Part shown: positions 49,678 through 60,124 of the stretch, one piece after another
Numbering within the stretch: position 1 is the stretch's first letter
How the letters are laid out: each line of letters opens with the position of its first letter
Assembly (NCBI GenBank): GCA_965205025.1
Contig: CBDBFU010000013.1
Location: forward strand, 128,001-192,000
DNA length: 64,000 nt
Direction: 5' to 3'
From: Candidatus Poribacteria bacterium
GTDB taxonomy: Bacteria; Poribacteria; WGA-4E; WGA-3G
Position numbers and translations under genes: made by a program
Notes under the pieces: generated by a model
What the model was told of the DNA's origin: nothing
Seen by the model: the letters and a program-made list of their open reading frames with translations, nothing else
Database searches by the model: none

Positions 49678-50073
49678 TTAATTTTCACCTTGTACACTAA
49701 TAATTTGATCTATAATATTCTCAATAACTTTTATGTTCTCTCCATTAATACCTTGCTCTTTAAGACCTTTTAATATCTGACTTTTAGTTTTAGTGCGATC
49801 TTGTATAAGAGCATCCTCAACTGCTTTTTTTAATTCCGCTTTCTTTCCTTCATTGTAAGCATCTGAAAATAATTTCATAATATCAAAACCTCCAATGATT
49901 ATTCCTGATAATATTAATGCAACAGGGATAAAAGTTGAAATATTTTTTACATAATCTGTTACAAATCTAACATCGCTCCAGTCACTTAATGTATTTTGAT
50001 AAATGTATAATGAATATACAATAAAAAAGACTGAAAATGAAAAAATATTGAAGAAAATCAGACCATAACACAA
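49678..50073 (-). CDS. Hypothetical membrane protein, very AT-rich
   Basis: Two TM segments plus a charged tail; start uncertain. Confidence 0.5.
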   Translation of the reverse strand: MCYGLIFFNIFSFSVFFIVYSLYIYQNTLSDWSDVRFVTDYVKNISTFIPVALILSGIIIGGFDIMKLFSDAYNEGKKAELKKAVEDALIQDRTKTKSQILKGLKEQGINGENIKVIENIIDQIISVQGEN

Positions 50074-50385
50074 CTAAAGATAAAAAATAATTTTCTACTT
50101 GAAATATGTGTTTTATTATGTTACTATGTATATCACATTAAAAGTATATCATGAAATTGTTGTTATGAAACTTTCATAACAGTTATGAAAGTAAAATCAA
50201 AATCTCGTACCCTTACAAACCTATACCAGAACAGGGTTTAGAACACTTCAAACAAGAACAGAATATGAATTTTCTAAAAAAATAAAAAAATTAACATTTT
50301 TAAGTATTTCTAAAAAACCCTTGCTGGGACTGGCTTTAAAGCAATTCTAAATCTATCGTTTAAAAATTGTGTTATGAAAATATTA

Positions 50386-50530
50386 TACCATTTCTATATG
50401 ATAATATTACATTATTTCGTAGGTCGGGTAGAAGCGTTAGCGAAACCCGACTATTTATAGTGTCTTGTCGGGTTTCGTTCCTCAACCCGACCTACAATAT
50501 ACTATGGTAATTTGTCAATTAAAAATGGTA
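50386..50530. mobile_element. MITE family A enclosing an inverted REP doublet
   Basis: TTA flanks; TACCATTTCT...AAAAATGGTA; internal GTAGGTCGGG...CCCGACCTAC. Confidence 0.78.
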
Positions 50531-51391
50531 TTACTAATGTACCACAAACTGTCAGTTTGTGCAGGAATTCAAGCAATGCATAACAAATCTTGATGGGATA
50601 AACACTTTTAGAAATGGTATAACAACTAATGACTATCTATAAAAACGATCCTAATTACGATATTACATATACGTCAAAAATGCATACCTTTTTAACCGTT
50701 GAGAATGTCAAAATCAGAATGGACAAAAAAAACACAAAATCACACATTTTAGAAATTCTTATAAAACCAATTTAAAGTGGAGTAAAACCAGTCTATGACA
50801 GGGCTTACAGGGGTAATTTACACCAATTTCAAAGTTACACCATGTAACGAAAAGTGTAACTTTTTTCATTTTTTCGAGACATAGAGAAATGCAACAACGA
50901 CCCAATCTGCCGTCTGAGTATTTAGGATTAAATGTCTGTTTTTATAACTTATTTTTGTCTATATATTAGGATTAAATGTCTGTTTTTTATACCTTTTTAA
51001 CAATCAGAAATGTCAATTATTGAAGAGTATTCTCAAGACCAATATATGTCCAATATATACAAAGCATAACAATGAGATGATGTTACAATCTACCGATCTA
51101 ATCGTTCGTACCGATATAATTCCTCTTCGTAGGGGCGGGGTCTCCCCGCCCGATATTTGTTTTGTATCGCAATCTTCCAGATTGCGTCTTGCGGTAATGC
51201 ACAAACTAACAGTTTATGCTACAAAATTGACGCATATAGTGACAAATTATTTACGCACACTTATTTCCCAGTCAAGTTGCAATTTAGACACTGTTCTGAT
51301 ATGCTATTCAACACAAAGACAGCAACATAATCCTTGAACGGTAGCACACCGATTCAATCTAAAAACAAAACACAAGCAATGGAGGTAAAAC

Positions 51392-52780
51392 GTGAACTTG
51401 AAAGTCCGGTTAAGAAATCTTGGAATTCTAAAACATGCAGAATTTACCTTGGGTGATCTGACCATTATATGTGGGAAAAATAACACCGGCAAAACCTATG
51501 CGGCTTATGCACTCTACGGTTTCCTAAACTCTTGGCATCACTTCATTTCATTTCCAGTGAGCAAGGAACAAATTCAAAGCTTACTTGTAGAGGGTACCAT
51601 CAAACTCGAATTAGGACAGTATTTCAAAACAGCTGCCGATGTACTTAACAAGACTTGTAAGAAATATTCTAATCAATTAGATAAGATATTTGCAGCAAAA
51701 GCAGGTAGATTTCGGAACAGTGAATTTCAAATACAAACAGAAGCGAATGACCCATATAAGACTGAATTAGATGGGTCAATCGTTCCCGGTCAAGAACCCT
51801 TGCTTACTTATTCAAAACGCAAGGGTAGTGAAGAGATTATATTTACTTTATCGAAAAAAGAAGAACGAGAAATTGATCCTGTATTTGTAAAAAATGCTAT
51901 TCTACAGATTGTCAGCAGAATCATTTTTGCTGATGCTCTTCCTAATACCTTTATCTCTTCAGCTGAACGCACTGGTGTAGCTATTTTTCGTAGGGAGCTG
52001 AATTTTGCACGTAACCGCTTGCTTGAAGAAATGGTGCAAACAGAGGAAAAAATACATCCTTTGGAATTGCTATTCAAAGTATACCAAAGTTATCCACAGC
52101 CAATAGAAGATAATGCAGATTTTATACGTGATCTTGAGAATATTGCCAAGAGAGAGAGTTTCATTACCAAAAAACATCCCGATATATTAGCTGAATTTGC
52201 CGATATTATTGGTGGAGATTACAACATTACCGAAAATGACCAACTTGACTTTATCCCTACTGGTTCTCGAATCAAGTTGACGATGGTTGAAAGTTCAAGT
52301 GCTGTCCGTTCACTCTTAGATATCGGTTTCTATCTCCGGTGTTTGGCAAAAGAGGGGGATTTTCTTATAATAGACGAACCCGAATTAAATCTTCACCCAG
52401 AGAACCAACGACGTATCGCCAAACTTTTGGCACGACTCATAAACTTGAATATTAAGGTCTTTATTACCACTCACAGTGATTATATCGTTAAAGAGTTGAA
52501 TACTCTAATCATGCTGAATAACGATAAGCCACATCTAAAAACTATTATAGAAGAAAATAACTATCAGAACAGTGAGTTAATCAGTGCTAATCAAGTTAAA
52601 GTATATGTAGCAAAAAAAGCTTTATTACCATTAGAAGAAGGTCGAAAAAAGCGGAGTAGAGGATATACGCTTGTACCAGCTGATATTGATCCAGTGCTTG
52701 GTATTCAAGTCAGCAGTTTTGACGAAACCATTGAAGATATGAATAGGATTCAGCAAGATATTGTGTGGGGAGGAGAGTAG
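51392..52780 (+). CDS. ABC-type (AAA_15/AAA_21-like) ATPase
   Basis: GKNNTGKT, IIDEPELNLHP, TTHS. Confidence 0.88.
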   Translation: MNLKVRLRNLGILKHAEFTLGDLTIICGKNNTGKTYAAYALYGFLNSWHHFISFPVSKEQIQSLLVEGTIKLELGQYFKTAADVLNKTCKKYSNQLDKIFAAKAGRFRNSEFQIQTEANDPYKTELDGSIVPGQEPLLTYSKRKGSEEIIFTLSKKEEREIDPVFVKNAILQIVSRIIFADALPNTFISSAERTGVAIFRRELNFARNRLLEEMVQTEEKIHPLELLFKVYQSYPQPIEDNADFIRDLENIAKRESFITKKHPDILAEFADIIGGDYNITENDQLDFIPTGSRIKLTMVESSSAVRSLLDIGFYLRCLAKEGDFLIIDEPELNLHPENQRRIAKLLARLINLNIKVFITTHSDYIVKELNTLIMLNNDKPHLKTIIEENNYQNSELISANQVKVYVAKKALLPLEEGRKKRSRGYTLVPADIDPVLGIQVSSFDETIEDMNRIQQDIVWGGE

Positions 52781-52785
52781 CGTTT

Positions 52786-53340
52786 GTGAACGATATATAT
52801 ATATTACACGAAATGCTTAAAAGCAGTGTGCGGGTTCCACTCCAACAAAAAGGGAATCAGTTCGCTGTTAAACTAAATGACAATCAGAGTCAAACAACCG
52901 TGGAAATTACAAACCTTCCTGATAATACAGTTGTGATTAACACCGAAGTATTTGAACCGAGAAAAGTGATTTTTAACGGTTTAAAGGATGAACGGAGACG
53001 TGCAGATTTCGCAATTGTGTCAATCGAGAATACGAAAAAATGGATTATCTATATTGAAATTAAAAGTAGTAATTTAGATAAAGATAAAGTCATTGCACAA
53101 TTAAGAGGGGCGAAATGTGTAATCGACTACTACAAATCAGTGGGGAGAGAATTCTGGGCAGCTAACAACTTTCTTAAAGATTATGAATACCGATTTGTAG
53201 GTATAGCAGCACTTACCGAAAAGCAAAGCACACGGACTATGAAACCTGCTAACCAGTCTAAAACCCAATTACACGATAGTCCTGAAACTTTTCTCCCAAT
53301 TTTAGAACAAAACAGATTGTATTTTAAAGAATTGATTTGA
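52786..53340 (+). CDS. Putative PD-(D/E)xK nuclease partner
   Basis: RRADF...IYIEIKS...AQL motif; coupled to the ATPase stop. Confidence 0.6.
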   Translation: MNDIYILHEMLKSSVRVPLQQKGNQFAVKLNDNQSQTTVEITNLPDNTVVINTEVFEPRKVIFNGLKDERRRADFAIVSIENTKKWIIYIEIKSSNLDKDKVIAQLRGAKCVIDYYKSVGREFWAANNFLKDYEYRFVGIAALTEKQSTRTMKPANQSKTQLHDSPETFLPILEQNRLYFKELI

Positions 53341-53459
53341 TAACAGATATACATCAGAGACAGTAGGTTAACAAAATCAGGAAATTCGGATTAAAGTGTG
53401 ATATGATCACATCATAGAGACTTTAATTTAGAGGGAATATAAAGCGGAGATCATCATTT

Positions 53460-55019
53460 ATGATAGAAAGACGGTTAAGAGAACTCTGGGATAGTCTACA
53501 AGGCAAAAAACCGCATCTACCGCATTTTCTGTCAGAGATTTATTTAGATGGGATTCGTGGACTTGACGATTTGCGAGTATTGTTTGATTATCCAGTGAGT
53601 GTTATTGCAGGTGGAAACGCCACTGGTAAGTCAACAGTACTGTTTGCTGCAGCATGTGCATATAAGGTGCCAGGAGCAGGGATTAAAGATTTCGTTCCAT
53701 CAACACTTTTTCCATACTATAGTCCTAAACTCGGGGACCGTCAGGATATACTACAAAGAATAACGCTGGAATTCAATTATCAGACTCCAGACGGAATACG
53801 TTCCATGCGATGGCGACGTAACAAGGGTTGGAATCGAAGTTTCTTTGGTCGTCAAAATGCCAGTCAACCGGAGCGACCGGTTTATCTCAGAACCCTTAGC
53901 AATCTGAGTAACCCCTCAGAGGTACGAGGCTTTCTTAATAGCATGTCGCGACTAAAAACTAACCCTCAAGAAACAGCGTTGACCCCCTCACAAATTGAAT
54001 TCGTACACCAGATGCTTCCCTTTAGGTATTCGGAGGTGGTAGATCTATCTGACGGTAAAAAGAATCTCCTCTTTGCTGCCCAAGAAGGTGGTGCTGTTTA
54101 TTCTGAACTTCAAATGGCTGCAGGTGAACGTGCCCTGTTACGATTGTCAAAAGAGATCGCCCAGTTTGATGGGGCACTCGTCCTAATTGATGAAGTAGAA
54201 GCAGGACTGCATCCTTGGGTGCAGCAGCTACTTATGTTACACTTACAACAATTAGCACTCCGCAATGATCTGCAAATCATCGTAACCTCACACAGTCCAG
54301 TTATTCTGGACGCGGTTCCAGCACATGGGCGTATTTTTCTTGACCGGGATGAAGAATCAGGCAAGATTATTGTCCGTCCTCCCTATCGTGATGTGATTCA
54401 GAACGCACTTTATGGACGTTCCAGTGAAGTCATGAAACTGCTCTGTGAAGACGAGATCGCTGAGGGCATTTTAAAAGGTGTGTTTGATTTACTATTGTCA
54501 AAGGAGAGAATCAAGTGGGAATCGGTTAAGATTGGACGGGATACAGGCGCAAGTGAGTTCCCGATGCACGCCCGGGCTTTGGCAAAATTTGGTCAACTTC
54601 AGAATACTATCTTTGTTCTTGATGGTGACCAGCAAGATGGGGAAATCGCACAGAAAATACAAGCAGCAGGGGGCGGCATCAATATCCCTATACTGTTCTT
54701 ACCCGGTAGCGATGCACCGGAAAATTGGGTATGGGACAAACTTCAACAAATCTCTGCCGCTGATGCAGCCCAATTGGGTACCAATTCAGGTGTTCTATCT
54801 AATTTAATGGAGCAATTAGATGCGACTTATGCACCGGTGTCCGAATCACCAGAAACACCCAAAACTAAATTTCTTACCTTATCCGAGCATTTGAGCAGGG
54901 AGGCACCAGAGGTATGTCGAATCGTCGCAAGGTTAGAGGCGGAGCGAAAGGAAAGTGATATTCAACCTTTTGTAGAAGAATTACAGCGTGTTTTGTTGCA
55001 GTGGCGGGAGTGGTCATAG
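53460..55019 (+). CDS. ABC ATPase fused to a TOPRIM-like domain (OLD/PARIS-like architecture)
   Basis: GGNATGKS, MAAGE, LIDEVEAGLHP, TSHS; then LLCED and VLDGD. Confidence 0.8.
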   Translation: MIERRLRELWDSLQGKKPHLPHFLSEIYLDGIRGLDDLRVLFDYPVSVIAGGNATGKSTVLFAAACAYKVPGAGIKDFVPSTLFPYYSPKLGDRQDILQRITLEFNYQTPDGIRSMRWRRNKGWNRSFFGRQNASQPERPVYLRTLSNLSNPSEVRGFLNSMSRLKTNPQETALTPSQIEFVHQMLPFRYSEVVDLSDGKKNLLFAAQEGGAVYSELQMAAGERALLRLSKEIAQFDGALVLIDEVEAGLHPWVQQLLMLHLQQLALRNDLQIIVTSHSPVILDAVPAHGRIFLDRDEESGKIIVRPPYRDVIQNALYGRSSEVMKLLCEDEIAEGILKGVFDLLLSKERIKWESVKIGRDTGASEFPMHARALAKFGQLQNTIFVLDGDQQDGEIAQKIQAAGGGINIPILFLPGSDAPENWVWDKLQQISAADAAQLGTNSGVLSNLMEQLDATYAPVSESPETPKTKFLTLSEHLSREAPEVCRIVARLEAERKESDIQPFVEELQRVLLQWREWS

Positions 55020-55038
55020 GAATCAACATAAAATAATC

Positions 55039-55566
55039 ATGAGTACCATCCGTATTTTCATCAGCAGCGTCCAAACCGAATTTGCACAAGAAAGAATAAC
55101 ACTGCGCGACTTTCTGCAAAACGACCCATTGATGCGACGGTTTTTTGATGTCTTTCTGTTTGAGGACGTGCCAGCATCAGATCGTCGTCCAGATGAACTC
55201 TATCTGGATGAAGTTAGTCAAAGTGATCTTTATATAGGCTTGTTCGGCAACGACTACGGAAACGAGGACAAAGAAGGCATATCACCGACAGAACGAGAAT
55301 TCGATCAAGCAACCACCTCCGGCATCCATCGGCTCATTTTCGTGAAAGGGACAGCTGACGGTCCAATGTCAAAATCCAAAATACTCATAAAGTTAGGACA
55401 CAAGAAAATCTCAGGTCAACTCAAAAAAGTTGTCCGCAGCCTTTTGGCTGAGGGACTCATCGAATACACACTGCCAGACAAACTCAGGAGTCCACGGCAA
55501 CTGTACCGCTTGACTGACAAAGGAAAAACTGAACTATCGAATCTGAAATCAGAGAAAGTGGTTTAA
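55039..55566 (+). CDS. DUF4062-like domain joined directly to a winged-helix tail (probable internal deletion)
   Basis: RIFISSVQTEFAQER...YIGLFGNDYG...SPTEREF, then IEYTLPDKLRSPRQLYRLT. Confidence 0.65.
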   Translation: MSTIRIFISSVQTEFAQERITLRDFLQNDPLMRRFFDVFLFEDVPASDRRPDELYLDEVSQSDLYIGLFGNDYGNEDKEGISPTEREFDQATTSGIHRLIFVKGTADGPMSKSKILIKLGHKKISGQLKKVVRSLLAEGLIEYTLPDKLRSPRQLYRLTDKGKTELSNLKSEKVV

Positions 55567-55825
55567 GCAACAACTTTTCTGCAACATGGGCTGCAGCCCA
55601 TGTTTGCAGCCCATGTTGCAGTATAAGATGCAGTATAAGTAAAGTATAAGTAGGGTTATCTAGTTTTACTTGGTTTGAACATTTTAAGCCGTAGTCATGC
55701 TATATTTTCAATGATATTTATATTACTGTTTGTAATACACACTAATCATACTTAAAGAAAATACTTCAATATGATACATTACAAGCCCCGGTGAATGCCA
55801 TACGCGCATTCATACCGTTGATTCG

Positions 55826-56097
55826 AGGGCGAAATGTGTGTAGAAAACAGTGAAACCCACCAACAAAGCCCCAGAGGGGCGAAATGTGTGTAGAAAACAG
55901 TGAAACCCACCAACAAAGCCCCAGAGGGGCGAAATGTGTGTAGAAAACAGTGAAACCCACCAACAAAGCCCCAGAGGGGCGAAATGTTTATAGAAAATCT
56001 ATGAAAAACCTAAACTGAGTCCCGTAGGGACGGAATGTCTATAGAAAAAGAATCAGTTAACAAATGAGTCCCGTAGGGACGGAATGTCTATAGAAAA
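55826..56097 (+). repeat. 50-bp tandem repeat (3 exact copies plus a partial) followed by two variant units
   Basis: GAAATGTGTGTAGAAAACAGTGAAACCCACCAACAAAGCCCCAGAGGGGC at 55831, 55881 and 55931; then GAGTCCCGTAGGGACGGAATGTCTATAGAAAA twice. Confidence 0.92.
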
Positions 56098-56316
56098 GCA
56101 ATTAAACTTTTAGTTTGAGTGTCTACCAAATCAACGTCAAATGTGTGTGTGGTATTTATCTGTATTAAAAATAGAAGATGTTTATTCTTAAATTGACGCC
56201 TATAGTGCGGTTTTCCAACCGCACGGCAGCAGATATATAATTAATTCTAAAATCTATCATAGATTAGATGCGGTTAGGAAACCGCATCTACCTGGATCAG
56301 GTATGAGGTCACAGAC

Positions 56317-59300
56317 ATGAACACCGTCGGTGATAGAGAAAGACAGGTACAGGGCAGACTTGTCACATTCTTTCAAGACACATTAGGCTACACCTACCTC
56401 GGTGACTGGCAATCCCGCGAGAATAATAGCAACATTGATAATACTCTACTGACAGAATGGCTGCGCACACAGAGACATAACGATAGAATCATCAAAAAAG
56501 TTAGGGATAAACTGAAAAGAGCAGCAGATGTCGGCGGCACAAAAACCTTATATGACGCTAATCGTAAGATTTATGACCTATTGCGTTATGGTGCAAAGGT
56601 GCAACCAGATGCCGGACAACAAAACATCACCGTCAAATTGATAGACTGGAAAAATCCACTCAAAAACCACTTCGGCATTGCAGAAGAGGTAAACCTCCAA
56701 TCCCAAAACACCAACAAACGGCCCGATATCGTACTATACATCAACGGCATTGCAATCGGTGTGTTGGAGTTGAAACGTTCTACCGTATCAGTCTCTGAAG
56801 GCATTCGTCAGAACATCGCAAACCAAGAGATGGAAAACATCGGACGGTTTTTCAGTACAGTGCAGATTCTGATGGCAGGTAGCGAATCACAAGGTATACG
56901 TTATAGTGTCATAAACACAGAAGAGAAATACTGGCTACAGTGGAAGGAAGCAGAGGCACATTCAGACCCCGGTGACAATCTTTTACATAGAGATGCAAGT
57001 CAACTCTGTGAGAAAACTCGACTTCTTGAAATCCTACACGACTTCATCGTCTTTGATGGGGATACAAAGAAAATATGCCGACATAATCAATACTTCAGTG
57101 TGAAGGCCGCCCAAGAGAAAGTGCAAAAACGTGAAGGTGGCATCATCTGGAACACGCAGGGCAGCGGGAAAAGTTTGACGATGGTCTGGTTAGCAAAATG
57201 GATATTGGAACACAATGCAAACGCACGCGTGCTCATCATTACCGATCGAACCGAACTTGACGATCAAATTGAAGGTGTGTTTCAAGGTGTCAACGAGAAA
57301 ATCAAACGTACGAAAAGTGGACGGCACATGTTGCGGGTGCTTGGAAATTCTACAGATAGACTCATCTGCTCACTTGTACATAAGTTCCGTACTTCACCCA
57401 ACAACACATCTGATATTGACGACTATGTAGCAGATATTGAGGGATTAAGGCAAGGTGATTTTCAACCAAAAGGCGAAATCTATGTCTTTGTGGACGAATG
57501 CCACCGCACACAGTCCGGCAAACTACATAGAGCGATGAAAACCCTTTTACCCGATTCTGTTCTCATCGGATTTACAGGCACACCACTCCTCAGAACCGAC
57601 AAAGAGCAGAGCATTGATATCTTTGGTCCATATATCCACACCTACAAATATGACGATGGGGTTCGCGATAATGTCATTTTAGATCTCCGCTATGAAGCAC
57701 GGGACATTGACCAAAACATCAGATCATCGGAAGAAATAGATCAGTATTTTGATGACAAGACCCAAAGACTAACGGATACAGCAAAGGCACAACTTAGACA
57801 ACGTTGGGGAACTATGTTAAATGTAGAAAGTTCAAGGGAACGGTTAGAGAGAATTGTTGCTGATATAGTGGTTGATATGGATACGCGTCCACGGTTAATG
57901 AGTGGACGCGGGAATGCTATGCTAATTGCAAATAGCATCTATTCTGCATGTCGATTTTACGATCTGTTTCAAAATACAACATTAAAAAGAAAATGTGCAG
58001 TCGTCACATCGTATGATCCTGTCGCTGAACCTAACAGACAACAGGAACATAACACCTATAGGAAAATGCTCTCGGTATATTTCAACGAACCCGAAGATAG
58101 GGCAATGCATAGAACGGAAGAATTTGAGAAAGCGGTCAAAAAGGATTTTATTGATAAACCTGCGGAGATGAAACTGCTCATCGTGGTCGACAAACTCCTC
58201 ACAGGTTTTGATGCTCCACCAGCTACTTATCTTTACATTGATAAGAATATGCAAGATCACGGTCTGTTTCAAGCGATCTGTCGTGTCAATCGACTTGATG
58301 GCGATGATAAAGATTTCGGTTATATTATTGATTACAAAGATCTTTTCCGATCACTAAGGCAGGCGATCACGGACTATACTGGAGAGGCGTTTGCAAACTT
58401 TGAACAAGAAGATGTTGCGGGATTGTTGAAGAATCGTCTTCAAAAAGGGAAAGAACGTTTGGACGAAGCACGTGACAAAATCATAGGTTTGTGTGAGCCT
58501 GTTGACCCACCTAAAGATACCCCAGACTACATCCGTTATTTCTGTTGTGAAGAGATCGGTAACGATGCACAAATTAGAGCCAATGAACCGAAACGGCTAC
58601 AACTTTATAAACAAACAGCAGATTTCGTGCGTGCCTACGCCAACATTGCGAATGAGATGATTAAGGCGGGTTACACAGAAGCCGTAGCAGATGAAATAGA
58701 AAACGAAGTGTCATACTACGAGGATGTTTGCCAAACGATAAAATTGGCAAGTGGTGATAGGGTTGACCTGAAAGCATACGAACCCGATATGCGTCAACTA
58801 CTGGATACATATATAGAGGCTGCTGATACTGAGAGCATCTCAACTTTCGACAATACACCCCTCGTTGAGCTGCTTGTTGACAACAGGGAGGACACAATTG
58901 CATCACTACCTGAAGGCATCCGTGACAGTGAAGATGCAGTCGCATCAACAATCGCGAACAACGTCCGTAGGTTTATCGTTGACAGGTTGGACATCAATCC
59001 GAGATATTATGAAGAATTATCAAATTTACTTGATGAATTGATCCATGAACGTAGACAGGGAGCGTTGGATTATCATGAGTATCTGTCTCAGATAGCTGAT
59101 TTAAGCGAACAGGTTAGAGAACCTGAACGGCATCGTGAATATCCCGATGATATTAACACTGCCCCATGCAGAGCAATATATGACAACTTAGACAATGTGC
59201 CATCAGAACGACGGGAAGCGGCGGCAATTGCTCTGGACAATGCCGTCCGTAACGCAATCAGGGACAATTGGAGAGGAAATGTATTCAAAGAACGACGTAT

Positions 59301-59400
59301 CAAAAGAGCCATTGAGAACGTAATTCAAGACGAGTTGAGTGATCTTGAAATTGAAGTTGATGTTATCTTTGAACTTGTAAAAAACCAAGATGAGTACTAA
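56317..59400 (+). CDS. hsdR: Type I RM restriction subunit
   Basis: RPDIV...LELK, TQGSGKS, DECHR, FTGTP, LLTGFDAP, QAICRVNR. Confidence 0.96.
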   Translation: MNTVGDRERQVQGRLVTFFQDTLGYTYLGDWQSRENNSNIDNTLLTEWLRTQRHNDRIIKKVRDKLKRAADVGGTKTLYDANRKIYDLLRYGAKVQPDAGQQNITVKLIDWKNPLKNHFGIAEEVNLQSQNTNKRPDIVLYINGIAIGVLELKRSTVSVSEGIRQNIANQEMENIGRFFSTVQILMAGSESQGIRYSVINTEEKYWLQWKEAEAHSDPGDNLLHRDASQLCEKTRLLEILHDFIVFDGDTKKICRHNQYFSVKAAQEKVQKREGGIIWNTQGSGKSLTMVWLAKWILEHNANARVLIITDRTELDDQIEGVFQGVNEKIKRTKSGRHMLRVLGNSTDRLICSLVHKFRTSPNNTSDIDDYVADIEGLRQGDFQPKGEIYVFVDECHRTQSGKLHRAMKTLLPDSVLIGFTGTPLLRTDKEQSIDIFGPYIHTYKYDDGVRDNVILDLRYEARDIDQNIRSSEEIDQYFDDKTQRLTDTAKAQLRQRWGTMLNVESSRERLERIVADIVVDMDTRPRLMSGRGNAMLIANSIYSACRFYDLFQNTTLKRKCAVVTSYDPVAEPNRQQEHNTYRKMLSVYFNEPEDRAMHRTEEFEKAVKKDFIDKPAEMKLLIVVDKLLTGFDAPPATYLYIDKNMQDHGLFQAICRVNRLDGDDKDFGYIIDYKDLFRSLRQAITDYTGEAFANFEQEDVAGLLKNRLQKGKERLDEARDKIIGLCEPVDPPKDTPDYIRYFCCEEIGNDAQIRANEPKRLQLYKQTADFVRAYANIANEMIKAGYTEAVADEIENEVSYYEDVCQTIKLASGDRVDLKAYEPDMRQLLDTYIEAADTESISTFDNTPLVELLVDNREDTIASLPEGIRDSEDAVASTIANNVRRFIVDRLDINPRYYEELSNLLDELIHERRQGALDYHEYLSQIADLSEQVREPERHREYPDDINTAPCRAIYDNLDNVPSERREAAAIALDNAVRNAIRDNWRGNVFKERRIKRAIENVIQDELSDLEIEVDVIFELVKNQDEY

Positions 59401-60124
59401 AGTAAATAGTTTTAATATAAAGGTAAATGATCTCTCAATTGATGTTATCCAAAAAGACATCAAACATTTCTACATCGGTGTCCATCCACCGAATGGACAG
59501 GTACGTGTATCTGCCCCTCTGCGATTTGATGATGATACTATACGGCTGGCAATCATCTCACGTTTGGGATGGATTCGTAAGAAACAAGCGGAATTTGAAA
59601 AACAGGAACGTCAATCCGAACGCGAATTCGTTTCCGGGGAAAGCCACTATTTTGAAGGTAAACGTTATCGTCTGGACGTAATCGAAAGTGATTGTAAACC
59701 TAAAGTTCAGTTGCTTAATAATACACGTATAGGGTTCACCGTTCGTCCAGGAGCAGATAGAGATAAAAGAGAAGAGATCTTCCATGCATGGTATAGAGAA
59801 CATCTACGTTCCCAAATCCCACCACTCATTGACAAATGGGAAGAAAAGATGGATGTATCTGTAAACGATGTGCGTATTAGAAAAATGAAAACACAGTGGG
59901 GATCTTGTAATATTGAGGCAAAACGTATCTGGCTTAATCTTGAACTCGCTAAAAAACCACATACCTGTTTAATTTATGTATTAGTCCACGAAATGACACA
60001 CCTTCATGAACGCCACCATAATGACCGTTTTCGAGAGTTAATGGACACCTTTCTACCCCAATGGCGTTCGTATCGGGATGAACTCAACAGAGCACCTCTC
60101 GCCTATGAGAATTGGCGATATTGA
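59390..60124 (+). CDS. M48/YgjP-like (DUF45) metallopeptidase-fold protein
   Basis: MKTQWGSC, VHEMTHLHERHHNDRF; typical hsdR neighbour. Confidence 0.9.
   Translation: MSTKVNSFNIKVNDLSIDVIQKDIKHFYIGVHPPNGQVRVSAPLRFDDDTIRLAIISRLGWIRKKQAEFEKQERQSEREFVSGESHYFEGKRYRLDVIESDCKPKVQLLNNTRIGFTVRPGADRDKREEIFHAWYREHLRSQIPPLIDKWEEKMDVSVNDVRIRKMKTQWGSCNIEAKRIWLNLELAKKPHTCLIYVLVHEMTHLHERHHNDRFRELMDTFLPQWRSYRDELNRAPLAYENWRY

Noticed and set aside
55826-56097. CRISPR array
   Set aside because: The first three spacers are identical, the linkers are only ~20 bp, the repeat changes along the array, and no cas genes are in the window.
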